Assembly (NCBI GenBank): GCA_049510745.1
Contig: JBEKYR010000008.1
Span: 210,232-274,231, forward strand
DNA length: 64,000 nt
Source: Verrucomicrobiota bacterium
GTDB lineage: Bacteria > Verrucomicrobiota > Verrucomicrobiia > Limisphaerales > Palsa-1400
Direction of reading: 5' to 3'
Below the pieces are notes generated by a model. It had not been told where the DNA came from. It saw only the letters and a list, made by a program, of their open reading frames with translations, and did no database searches. Each line of letters opens with the position of its first letter. Position 1 is the first letter of the stretch. Positions 31,001 to 43,000 of this stretch are shown piece by piece. Position numbers and translations under genes: made by a program.

Positions 31001-34000
31001 AGGCGAGCGTGTTTTACGATGGAACAACCGCGGTAACGAACTTCAACGTCGCGGGAGACCTGACCCCGGCGGATGGCGCGATCACGGCGCAGTTGCCTCT
31101 GGCCCTCAGCGGGTCGTCGCAGATGACGGTGGCGCAATACGCGTTCAGGCTGTCCAGCCCCACCGGCCGGTTCGCGCCGATCACCAACCTCTTCAACGTC
31201 ACCAACTCCGCCTTTGCGCAGTCGTTCACCGGCAACGTGGTCTGTAGCGGCACCAATGTCCCCCATGCTCTGGCCTGTTTGTTTATCCCGCCTTTCAGCG
31301 CGAACATCACTCTAATCGCCAGCAGTCTGGCTGATGGCGACGGCGGCTACCGCCTCAGCGCCCCGCCCGGAACCTATCTGCTCTGCGCTTTCAAGAGCGG
31401 CTTCGTGGCTGACGCCGGAAACGCCCCGGTGCTGGCGCTGGGCGCCAATGCCACGATCCCCACGAACCTGAGTCTGCTTCCGGCCACGTGCAGCCTCTCC
31501 GGCCGATTCGTGGATGCCGCCAACACCAACGCCGGGCTGCCGTGCGTCCATGTGAAAGGAGGCTCGGCAAACGGCCTGGTGACGTCCGGTACCGCGGATG
31601 GCAATGGAAACTTTGCCCTGCCAGCCACGACCGATTGGTGGGGTGTTTTGGGTGACAGTCAGAGCCTTGATTCCCAAGGGTATCTCGGTTTGCAGTCCGC
31701 CGCCATCGTCAACGCCAACGCCGGCAGCGTTGCGGGCGTGACCATCGCGTTGGCCAGGGGAACGGCCCTGGTCTATGGCGCCGTCCAGGATGGGCAGAAC
31801 CATCCGCTGTCAGGTGTCCGGCTCTCCGGCAGTCAAAATGACGGCGCCAGCCCTTATGTGGGCGACGCCACCAGTGACCAGAACGGGAACTACGCGATGG
31901 CGGTCAATGATGCCGGAGTTTGGAACGCCGGCATCAGCGGCAACAATCCAGCCTTTCCCAATTACCTGTGGTCTGCCGGGCTGGGGGATACGACGTTCGC
32001 CAACGGGCAGGCGGTGCAGTGCAATTTCACCGCTCTTGTTGCGACCAACTATATCACCGGCTCGGTCCTGGACAGTTCCAACAATCCCATCACCAACATC
32101 CAGGTCTATGGTTCTGCCACCATCGGCAACCAAGACTACAACGCCGCCAGCGCCTTCACCGATGCCAACGGCAACTATTCGCTGACCGTGGCCAGCGGCG
32201 CCTGGCAGATAACCTTGGATTGCGATGCGCTGGGTTGGCTGGGCTATTGTTGTCCCAACTACCCACCCGTCATTGTTTCCGGCGGCAACGCCGTGGAGAA
32301 TTTTGCGCTCGTGCTCAACAGCGAGGTCCAAGTCACCACTACAAACCTGCCTCCCGGCTACGTCGGCTCTCCTTACGATGTTTTCCTTCAGGCTGCCGGT
32401 TGCCAGCCTCCGTTTGCCTGGTCGGTGGTTTCCGGTTCCCTGCCCTCGGGCCTGCAACTGGCCTCCACCGGAGAGCTTTCCGGCACTCCCAATAACGCCG
32501 ACGCCTTCAATTTCACGGCGCAGGTCAGCGATGCCAACAACAATACGGCGAACCAGGCTTTGTCGCTCATCGTCAATACCAACACGCCGCTGGAAATCAC
32601 GACGGTCTCGCTGCTCACGGCCACCCAGGCCGTGTTTTACACGGCGACGCTGGGGGCTTCCGGCGGGCAGAAGCCTTACAGTTGGTCCCTTGCCCCGGGT
32701 TCAGGCCCGCTGCCGGCCACCTTGTCTTTGGCGACCAACGGCGTCCTCTCCGGCACTCCGGCCACCAACGGGACCTTTTACTTCTACGTGCGCGCGACCG
32801 ACGCGATCAAGACGACGGCTGACCAACTTCTGACCCTGACGGTCAACGGCCTGACCAACAACCCGTACGACTCGAACGTCACTTTTTCCGTCACCCCGTC
32901 CGCCGTGAGCAATTCGTACATGGGAGCCATCACGCTTGAGATTGGCGGTTTGGCCAACGGCGAGACAGTGGTGGTCCAGAAGTATCTTGACGCCAACTCC
33001 AACGGGCTGGTGGACGCGGGCGACTGGCTGGTCCAGCAGTTCAGCTTGTCGGATGGCCTGGCGAGCATGATTGACGGTGTGACCAACAGCAATATTCCCG
33101 GCGACACCGACACGACGCCGGGACAAATCACCGCGAAGTTGAATTTCCGGAACGGCGACTTTATGCAGAACATTGTCGGGCAATATGCGTTCAAACTGTC
33201 CAGCCCGACGGGGCGTTTTGCGCCGATAACGAACCTTTTCAGCGTCACGAACTTCCCCTACGCGCAAAAGTTCACCGGCAACGTGGTCAGCAACGGCACG
33301 AGCACGACGGTGTCCAACGCCCTTGTGCTTTTGTTCCCGCCTCCCCGTGCGGGAAAGAGCGGGCCAAGCGGGTCGCCGCTGGCGGGCGCGGTGGCGGACA
33401 ATTCGGGCAGCTACAGCATTCAAGCGCCTCCGGGGACTTATTCGCTGTGTGCTTTCAAGAGCAATTATCTCGCCAACTTCTCCACCATGCCGGTTCTCAC
33501 TTTGGGCAGCGGCGCGACCGTCACCACGAACCTGGCGCTCACGAACGCCACGTCCAGCATCTCCGGCAACCTGGTCGATGCCAACAATTCCAGCATCGGA
33601 CTGCCCGCCATTCTTTTGTCGGCCCAAGCGGCCAACGGCCTGATGGATGTGAGCTTCACGGACACCAACGGCAATTTCACCGTGGGTGTCGCATCCGGCC
33701 AGTGGGGTCTGCGCGCCGATGACACCAGCCTGATTGTCCACGGCTATCTTGGATTGCAGAATAGAACCTACGCCAACGCCGGGCAGACTGGTGTTGCCCT
33801 CGCCGTGCCGCAGGCCACGGCGCTGTTTTACGGCAGCGTGAAGGACACTCTGGGAAATCCTTTGACGGGAATTGACGTTTATGCCAGCGACAACAATGAC
33901 GGCCTCTATGAAACCGACGGCTACACCGATGCGAACGGGAATTATTGGGCCGCTGTGCTGGGCGGCCTGGGCAGCGACGATCCATGGCAGGTGGATCTCA

Positions 34001-37000
34001 GCAGCAACAGTCGTCTTGCCAATTACCTTGTTTCGCCGCCGGGCTTTGATTCAAACGGCGGCACGAACATGGGCGCCGGACAGGCGGCGCTGGCGAACTT
34101 CACCGCCCTTCTTGCGACCAATTACGTCTCCGGCTCTGTCAAGGACAACAACGGCAGTCCGATCGCCGGTGTCGGGGTCTGGGCCGGCACAACCATCAAC
34201 GGGTTGAACTACAACGCGCAGACCGTGGACACAGACACCAATGGCAATTATTCGGTGATGGTGGGCAATGGCACTTGGACGATTGGCATCAACTTCGGCC
34301 AATGCGGTGACTGCCTTCCCGGCGAGTATCTCTGCCCCCCGACTCAATCGGTTGTGATTTCCAACAACAATGGCACGGCCAATTTCACCGCCCTTCTCGC
34401 CACCAATGAAATCACCGGCTCGGTCACGGATAGCAGCGGCCATCCCATCGGCGGCGTTCGGCTCTTTGCCAATGGCACTGTTGGCGGCGTGTCTTACCAA
34501 AGCCGCCAGGACACCGAGGGCAACGGCAGTTGCAGCCTGAACGTGGCCAACGGCACTTGGTCTGTCGGCCTCTATTGCAGCGGCTCCGACAGCGACACTT
34601 TGGACAACATTCTCGGCCCCGGCAATTACATCTGTCCGGCCAGCCAGAATGTGACCATTACCAACAACAATGGCACGGCGAGTTTTATCGTGCAACTTTG
34701 CGGCGTCACCATCACGACCACTTCACTGCCCGCCGGCCAGATCAATGTCTATTACGATCAGTTCCTCCAGGGTTCGAGTTGCAGCGGCACGCTCAGTTGG
34801 TCGCTCCTTTCCGGTTCCCCGCCGCCGGGTTTGACCTGGAACCCTTCATCCGCCGAAATCAATGGCACACCCACCACGGCCGGCACATACGATTTCACCG
34901 TCCAGGTCACTGACGGCCTCGGCCACTGGACGAATCAGAATTTCTCGCTTTACATCGCTTCGTCTCCTTCGCCGCTGCAAGTGACGACCGCCTCCCTGCC
35001 CAACGCCACCCAGGGGGTCTTTTACAATCAACAACTCCAGGCGTCTGGCGGACAACCGCCCTATGCGTGGTCCCTTACCCCGGGGTCGGGCAGCCTGCCG
35101 ACGGGATTATCGCTGGCAACCAACGGCGTCATTTCCGGCGCCCCGGCCCTCCATGGAACTTTCTACTTTTACGTGCGGGTCGCCGATGCGGCGAGTGCGA
35201 CGGCGGACCGGGTCTTGAGTCTTGCATTGCAGCCCGCCGCCACCATCACCAACGGTGTCACACTCAGCACTTGGTACCAGTTTACCGGCGGCAACGATGG
35301 CGGGAGTCCCAAGGCCGGACTGGTGCAGGGCAACGATGGCGCTTTTTATGGCACGGCATACAGCGGCGGCACGATGGGCGATGGCACGGTCTTCCGCATA
35401 GCCACCAACGGCGTGCCCATTGCCTCGGTATCGTTCGATTATGCCAACGGCGGCGGTCCCGAAGACGGGTTGGTGGAAGGCCGGGACGGCAGTTTTTACG
35501 GCACGACATCCTATGGCGGGGCGAACGGCTGGGGCGCGCTGTTCAACGCCACCACCAACGGCGCGCTCACCGCTCTCCACTCGTTCAGCTTCGGTGACGG
35601 CGGCAACAATCCGTGTGCCGGGTTGGTGCAGGGCGGCGATGGGAATCTCTATGGCACGACACCCTATTGGGGCACGATCTACTTCACCACGAACTACAAT
35701 GGCACGGTATTCAGGATAAGCACCAACGGAGCGTTCCAATCCCTCTACTCATTCACCGGCGGCAACGATGGGGCCAATCCCACCGCCCAACTGGCACAGG
35801 GCAACGATGGCAGTCTCTACGGGACGACACACGATGGCGGCTCGAACGGCAGCGGCACGGTATTCAAGATAAGCACCAACGGGGCGTTCCAATCCCTCTA
35901 CTCATTTACCGGCGGCAACGATGGGGGCCATCCTTTGGCCGGGCTGGCGCTGGGGAGCAATGGAATTTTTTATGGCACAACCACGGGAGGAGGCGCGGGC
36001 GGTTGCGGCACTGTGTTTGGCATAACCACCAACGGCGCGTTCAATGCGTTGTACTCGTTCACCGGCGGCAACGATGGCAATTCTCCGTATGCCGGCTTGG
36101 CGCAGGGCAGTGATGGCAATTTGTATGGAACCACACTCTATGGAGGCGCGGTTGGCTCCGGCACCGTGTTTGGCATGACCACCAATGGCGTCCTTGCCAC
36201 CCTCTACTCCTTCTCCGGGTCTGGCGACGGCTCCCAGCCCCTCGGAAGCCTTCTGCAAGGAAGCGATGGCTGTTTTTATGGCACGACGAGCAGAGGCGGC
36301 GCCCAGGACGATGGAACTGTTTTCCGCTTGAGCCTCACTTCCGCGCCGTCGCCCGACTTGGCGCCCCTCTCGGTGGCGGCGCCGGCCAGCGTGATCACCC
36401 CGCAGCCCAACGCGGCGGTCCAGGTGGCTTGGAGTGTGACCAACCAGGGAGCCGGGCAGGCGCCGGGCGGTTGGTGTGACCGGGTCTGGTTCTCCACCAA
36501 CGGAGTGCTGGACGGAAATTCGGCGGCGCTGGGCGACTTTTTCAACAGTCAAACATTGCCTCCCGGCGGCAGCTACCGGCAGACCAACACCGTGACCCTC
36601 CCTCTGCCCGCGATTGCCGGCGGCAGTTACACCCTGTTCGTGCAGGCGGATGTCTATGGCCAGATTTACGAATTCAACAAATCGAACAACATTTCGGCGG
36701 GCGCGCACGGCCTCTTCACCCTTGCCCCTCCCGACCTGGCTGTTTTGGCGGTAAATCCGGCGACCAACAACGTGGTGTTTTATCCGGCCAGCCCGCAGTC
36801 GCCCACCGTTCAGTTGACTTGGGCGGTGACCAACCAGGGCGCGGGGCCGGCTGCGGGCAATTGGTATGACAGGGTTTGCGTCTCGACCAGCGTCTCCATT
36901 GCCGACGGGGTCAGTTCACAGTACTTCTGGCAGGACTGGACCTCGCCTCCGTTCGCGGTGGGAGAAGAGTATCAAGTAACCAACACGATCTGGCTGCCGC

Positions 37001-40000
37001 AACAGAGCGGGACGTATTACCTCATCGTCAGCGTCGATGACGGCAATTACATTTATGAGGCCGACAAGACCAACAACGTGCTGGCGTCGGCCCCGTTGAC
37101 AGTCAACTACCAGGTGCGCCCGCCGGATTTGGCCGTCGTGTCGGCGTCAGCGCCGGCCACGGTGGCTTCCACCCAGCCCTATCCGGGTGTCCAGGTGACT
37201 TGGAGCGTCACCAACCAAGGGACGGGCGTTGCGTCGGGCGGCTGGTATGATCGCGTGTGGTTTTCCACCAACGGAGTGTTGGATGGAAATTCAAGGGACA
37301 TCGGCGACTTCTACCAAAGCCAAAACCTGGCGGCAGGCGGCAATTATCAGCAAACCAACGCGGTGATATTGCCGGTGACAAACAGCCTCAGCTACACACT
37401 GTTCGTGCAGGTCGATGTGTACGACCAGGTCTATGAGCCGAACAAGTTGAACAACCTCTCGGCCGGCGTGCCCGAAGCCTTTACTCTCACGCCGCTCTGG
37501 ACGATTTTCGCCACGAACAATCCCCCGGCCGACGGCTACATCAGCGGGACCGGCTCCTACCTCACCGGCGCCACCAACGTTCTCACCGCCCATCCCAACT
37601 TCGGCTATCTCTTCGTCAACTGGACGGAAGGCGCAAACGTCGCCGGCACAAATCTCTCCCTGACGAACGTGGTGTTCACGAATCATGTGTTCGCCGCCAA
37701 TTATGCTGATGCCACTCCCACCCATGTCGTGACCACCGCAACGTCACCCGCGGGCTTGGCGGCGGTGGCCGGCGCGGGCACTTACAGCAACGGCCAGACC
37801 GCGCACTTCAGCGCGCCTCTGGCCATCACCAATCCGCCCAGCCTCTACACCTTCGAGCAATACACGGAAGGCAACAACCCGGTCAGCTCGGCCGCCGCCT
37901 TCAGCAAGACCTTCTCGACGTTTGACCCGGCCTCGGGACAGTACGTGGCGGTTTACAGCGCCAGTCCGCTTCTCCCCATCGTGGTCAATGTCAGCCTGAA
38001 CCTCGCCAATCCCGTGCCCGCGACCACCAACTTCATCGTCACCGTTCAATTCGACCGCTCCATGCGGACGAACCCTTCCCCGATAATCGTGTTGACAAAT
38101 AGCGCCGCGACTCTCCAGCCCGCCGTTTCCGGCAACGGGTCGTGGTCCGCCACGGCGTTGAGCAACGACACCTACTCCACGCCGCCTGTCACCTTTATTT
38201 CCGGCATGGACGGCACCAACCAGATAATTGTGTCCGGGGCGCAGGACCTGGCGGGCAATGTCATGGCGCTCACCAACGCCGGCAGCGCCATCGTGGACGC
38301 CACGCCGCCGCCCGTCCCGGTCCTGGCCGTGACGGCTTCCAACAGTTCGTCGGTAACCGTCGCCTGGGCGGCCTATGCTGCGCCGCCGGACTTGAGCTAT
38401 TTCCGGGTATTCTTCCAACCCACCAACTTCACTTCCGTGGCGGGATTGCCGATTTTGACGAGTCTGGGTTCCGGCGCCCGCAGTTTCCAATTCGGCGGCC
38501 TGGCCTTGGACACAAGGTATTACGCCGCCGTCCAAGCCGTGGATTACGCGGGCAACGCCAGCGGCCTCAGCGTGCTGCCCGTCATTCTGCCCGAAACCGT
38601 CCCCCCGCCCGTCAGTGTCCAAGCCGCTCCCGTGGGCGCGGATTCCGTGCTGCTCTCCTGGAATTCCTACAATACGGCCGCCTTGCTGGGTTTCGCCGGC
38701 TTCACGCTCTATGAAGCGCCGGGCAATTTTACGTCCGTGCCCGGCTCGCTCGTCGGGGTGCCGCTCGGCCCGTCGGTCCAGTCATACCAAGTCAGCGGAC
38801 TTGACCGCGCCAAAACCTATTACTTCGCCGTCGTGGGCTTCAATCTCACGAATGGATTCAACCCGAATGTCACCACCGCCGTCTGGTCCGATCCTTACGC
38901 CGGAAACATCGGCATCGACACCACCATCGGCGGCGCGGGCCAAAGCCAGGTGCCTGTTTATCACAGCATTGTCGTCGTCAGCAACGCCACCTTGACCCTT
39001 GAGCCTGGAACGACGCTGCTCTTTGCTCCCGGCGCGAGCCTGACCGTGCAGCAGGGCAGCCTCGCGGCCAACGGCACGGCGTTGGCTCCGATCATCCTGG
39101 ATTCCGCCAACGACACCCCCGGCCACATTCCCGCCCCCGGCGACTGGGGCGGAGTCATACTTGGCAGCGGCGCCGGCTCCTCCAGCTTGAATTTCGTGGA
39201 AGTGCTTTACGGCGGCGGCCTGACCGTGAGCGGATGCTCCCCGGCTGTCTCTGCTTTTACCGCCAACAACAATATCCCCTGCGGCCTGGCCCTGCAAAAT
39301 GGCGCGGCCCTCACCACCAGCGATGCGCTGTTGACGGCCAATGGCATCGGCATACAGCAATCCGACACCTCCGCGCTGACGATTCAAAACTCCGTCATCC
39401 AAAACAACGGCACCAACGCCGTCGCCTCCGGCAGTTCTCCGCTCAACGCGGCCTCGGACTGGTGGGGCACGGCACAGGCGGGAACTCTGGCCGCCCAGTT
39501 GCAGGGCAATATCGTTTACACTCCTTTTCTCACCTACGAACCGGTCCTGACGCCCGCGATTGGAACTTCCAACGGCCTGACGCAGGTCGGCAGCGGCCTG
39601 GTCAATCTGCAACTTGCCTGCCGCACGGCCGAGGGCATGCGGCTGAGCGAGGACTACACGTTCACCGGAGTCTTCTTCACGCCGTTCACCAACAACACGA
39701 CCTTCCCGCTCTCCGCCGGCGGCGGCTTGAAACGCGTCTATGCGCAATTCCGCAGCGTCACCGGCCAGACCAACGCGCCGCTCGAAGTGGACGTGAATTA
39801 CATCACGGCCGGCCCGGTCATCCAGTCGTTCAGCCTCGCCCAGGGACAGACCTTGAACCGTCCGCTCACTGTCACCGGCTCGGCCACGGCGGTTTTGGGG
39901 ATGCAGGACATGGAGTTTTACGTGGACGGTGTTTTGGCGGGGACCAACGCCGGCGGAAATTTGTCGCAGTTCTTTGACATCCGCGCGCTGCCCAACGCCA

Positions 40001-43000
40001 TTCACGAGGTCAAATTGCTCGCCCGCGACCAGAGCGGCAACATCGCCACCCTCCAGAACACGGTGATCATCGCCCTCACGCCGCCGCCGGCCCCGGTCAT
40101 CACGTCCCCCGCCGCCGGCCTCATCGTCAAGACGAATCTTCTCTCCGTCAGCGGCTCGGCCGAGGCGGGCATGAACATTCAGTTGACACGCAACGGCCAG
40201 ATTGTCGGCGCCACCGTCGCGGATGGCACGGGCTTGTTCACCGTCTCCAATGCCACGCTGGTGGAAGGCCTCAACACCCTGGTGGCGGTCGCCTTTGACA
40301 GCACCGGCACGACCCCTTCGGCGGCCAGGAATGTTATCGTCGAAACCATCCCGCCGGCGGCCTTGGTGATGAACACGCCCGTTTATGCTCCCGGAACCGG
40401 CCTGAATGTGTCCTGGAATTTTCCGCCCACCGGCAAACTGGCCGTCACCTTCCAGTTGTTCTGGAGTCAGGCGCCGTTTGGAGAGACCAACGAGGCGACC
40501 GGGCACAGCATCGTTCTTACGGGCATGGCGGATACCCTCCAAGGCCTCTCCGATGGGCTTTATTATTTTGGGGTGGTCGGTTACGATGTCACGGGCGCGG
40601 CCAGCCCGCTCTCGGCCTTGGTCTCGACGGTGTATGACGCCACTCCGCCGGCGTTGACCGTTTCTTACAGCCGCGCGCCGCCCTTGGGGGTCGGGCCGGT
40701 CGCCATTTCCCTGACCTCCAGCGAGGCGCTGGCGGGGACGCCCTCTTTGACCCTGCAGCCGTGCGGAAGCGTCTCGCCGGTTTTGCTGAGTCTGACCAAC
40801 GTGGCTGTCAATACCTGGCAAACAGCGTTCACCGTGACATCCTCAACACCCTCCGGGCCGGTCGCGGTGACGGCGTCCGCGCAGGACTTGGCCGGCAATG
40901 TTTTCAACGGCGTTCCCAATGGCCCGGCGCTGGCCATTGACACCGTTGCGCCCGCCGCCAGCATCACCACGGTCCCGCCGCCGCCGGTGCAGACCACCAA
41001 CAATGTCAACGTGGCGGTGAGCCTGGCGCTGACCAAACCAGCCGGGCCGGGAACAATGCCCACCCTGAGCTTCACAACGCCGACTGGCACGAACATCGTC
41101 CTGACGCTGTCCGGCGGCGGCAGCAATTGGAGCGGAACGCTGCCGTTGACGCCGGCGGCAGGCGCCGGTTTTGGCCAGTTTTCCTTCAGCGCCCAGGACG
41201 CCGTGGGCAACGTGGGCAGCAATCTCCTCGCGGGAGGCCAACTTGAGCTTTACAACACCGCTTTGCCGTCGGCTCCGGCCGCGCCTTCGGGCCTGAGCGC
41301 GACCAGCCTGGCGGGCGGCTATGTCTGGCTGGCTTGGAACGCGGTCAGCAACGCGCAGATTTACCGCGTTTACCGCGAACCCGGGACGAATTTGGTTCCG
41401 CCCGCCGTGCTGGATCTTGACCACATCACCAGCAATGGCGTGGCCGATCTGCCGCCCTCGGATGGTTCTTACCGTTACGGCGTCACCGCCAGCCGTCTTG
41501 GCTCGGAAAGCGGGATTTCCAACGTGGTGGTGGCGGTTTCCGTTCGCACGCCGCCTTTGGCGCCGACCAACGTGACAGCCAATCTGGCCGCCAGCGGGGT
41601 GCAAATTTCCTGGCAGGAGCCTGCGGGCGGGACCACCCCGGACCATTACAACGTCTATCGCAATGGAACTTTGATCCAAACCGTCTCCAGCGTTTCTCCG
41701 GTGGTGGATTATCCGCCGCTGGGAACCAACAGCTATGTCGTGGCGGCCGTTGATGCCGTGGGCAACCAGAATCCGAGCGCTCCCGCCGTGCTGTTCCTGC
41801 CCGTCGCTCCGGTCAGCAACCTTGCGGCGTTGTCAATTGCCGGACAGGCCCCGGTTCTGACGTGGAACACCGGCGGCGGCAGTGTTGGCTGCAATGTTTA
41901 TCGCAACGGCATCCGGCAGAACGCCGCCCTGATCACCGGGACCAATTACACGGACAATCTGCCGTTGTCGGATGTGGTGCGGTACGCCGTCACCGCCGTG
42001 AACGGCTCCGCGCAGGAAAGTCCGCCGAGAATGGTCACGGTTTATCCGGTCCGTCTGAGTCTCCTGGTGAACTCGTTGGGACGCGGCGCGGACAACCCGC
42101 TGTTGACCGGTTATTTCGACCAGTTCCAGGTGGGAGTTTCCAATCTGGGCAGCAGCAACAGTCTCCCGCTCCAGCAGGTGCAATTGCTGCGGACGATCAC
42201 CGGCCTTGAACCGTTGGTGGTCACCCTGGGCGCGCCCACCAACGTGAGCGCGGGGACGCAACTCCAGGAGCTGATCACCGTTCCAGAATCATCCGTCGTC
42301 GCCGCGCAAAGCGTGCAGGTGACCGTGTTCCAACAGACTGACAGCGCGGGCAGCACCGTGGTCTATGAGAATACGTTTAACCTGACCGACAGCCGGTTGC
42401 CGGGCACGGAAATCGCCCTGTCGGTCAATCAACTGCCGCTGGTTGGCGGAGTGACCCCATTCCAGCTTCAAATTTTCAATCGGGGTTATGCCGACATGGA
42501 AGTGATCGTGTCGCGCGCCTTCGGGGCGCAGCCGGGCGATGTTTTCGTCTCCGTCCAAAACAGCTTTGGCCAGGAAGTCAGCCGCACCGCGTTGTCGGGC
42601 CTGGTGTCCGGCGCAACCTACCTTATGGACGGCACGGCGTATGTGACCATCCCGCCGGGCGCATCACATATCCTGACCATCACCAATGTGCTTGTGCCGG
42701 CGGCGCTGGGTGGGGCGACCAACGTCACGTTCCTGGGCGTGGCCAGCGAGATTTACAATCAGTTGGAAACGACCAACCAACAGGTGTCCGGGCCGTTGAG
42801 CGGGAGCATGGTTTCGCCGAGCTTGGCGCAGACGCCTTATTACGGGACGGCCCAGACGGACAAAGCGGACTACTCGAATAACGATCCCATCCTTATCAGC
42901 GGGCAGGCGCTGGATCGCACTTCGGGTTTGCCCGTGCCGAATGTGCCCCTGAATATCGGATTCGCCGCCCGCGGTTTCCACTGGTATCAAAGCGTGACGA

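Noticed and set aside
35260..36330. Repeated TTCACCGGCGGCAACGATGG DNA motif
   Set aside because: Explained by in-frame beta-propeller protein repeats (YSFTGGNDG), not an RNA or CRISPR array.
38782..40821. 679-aa minus-strand ORF and similar long antisense ORFs (23431-25125, 28012-29511, 45150-46841, 47877-49466)
   Set aside because: They mirror well-supported plus-strand genes and have Arg/Gly-rich, non-protein-like composition.
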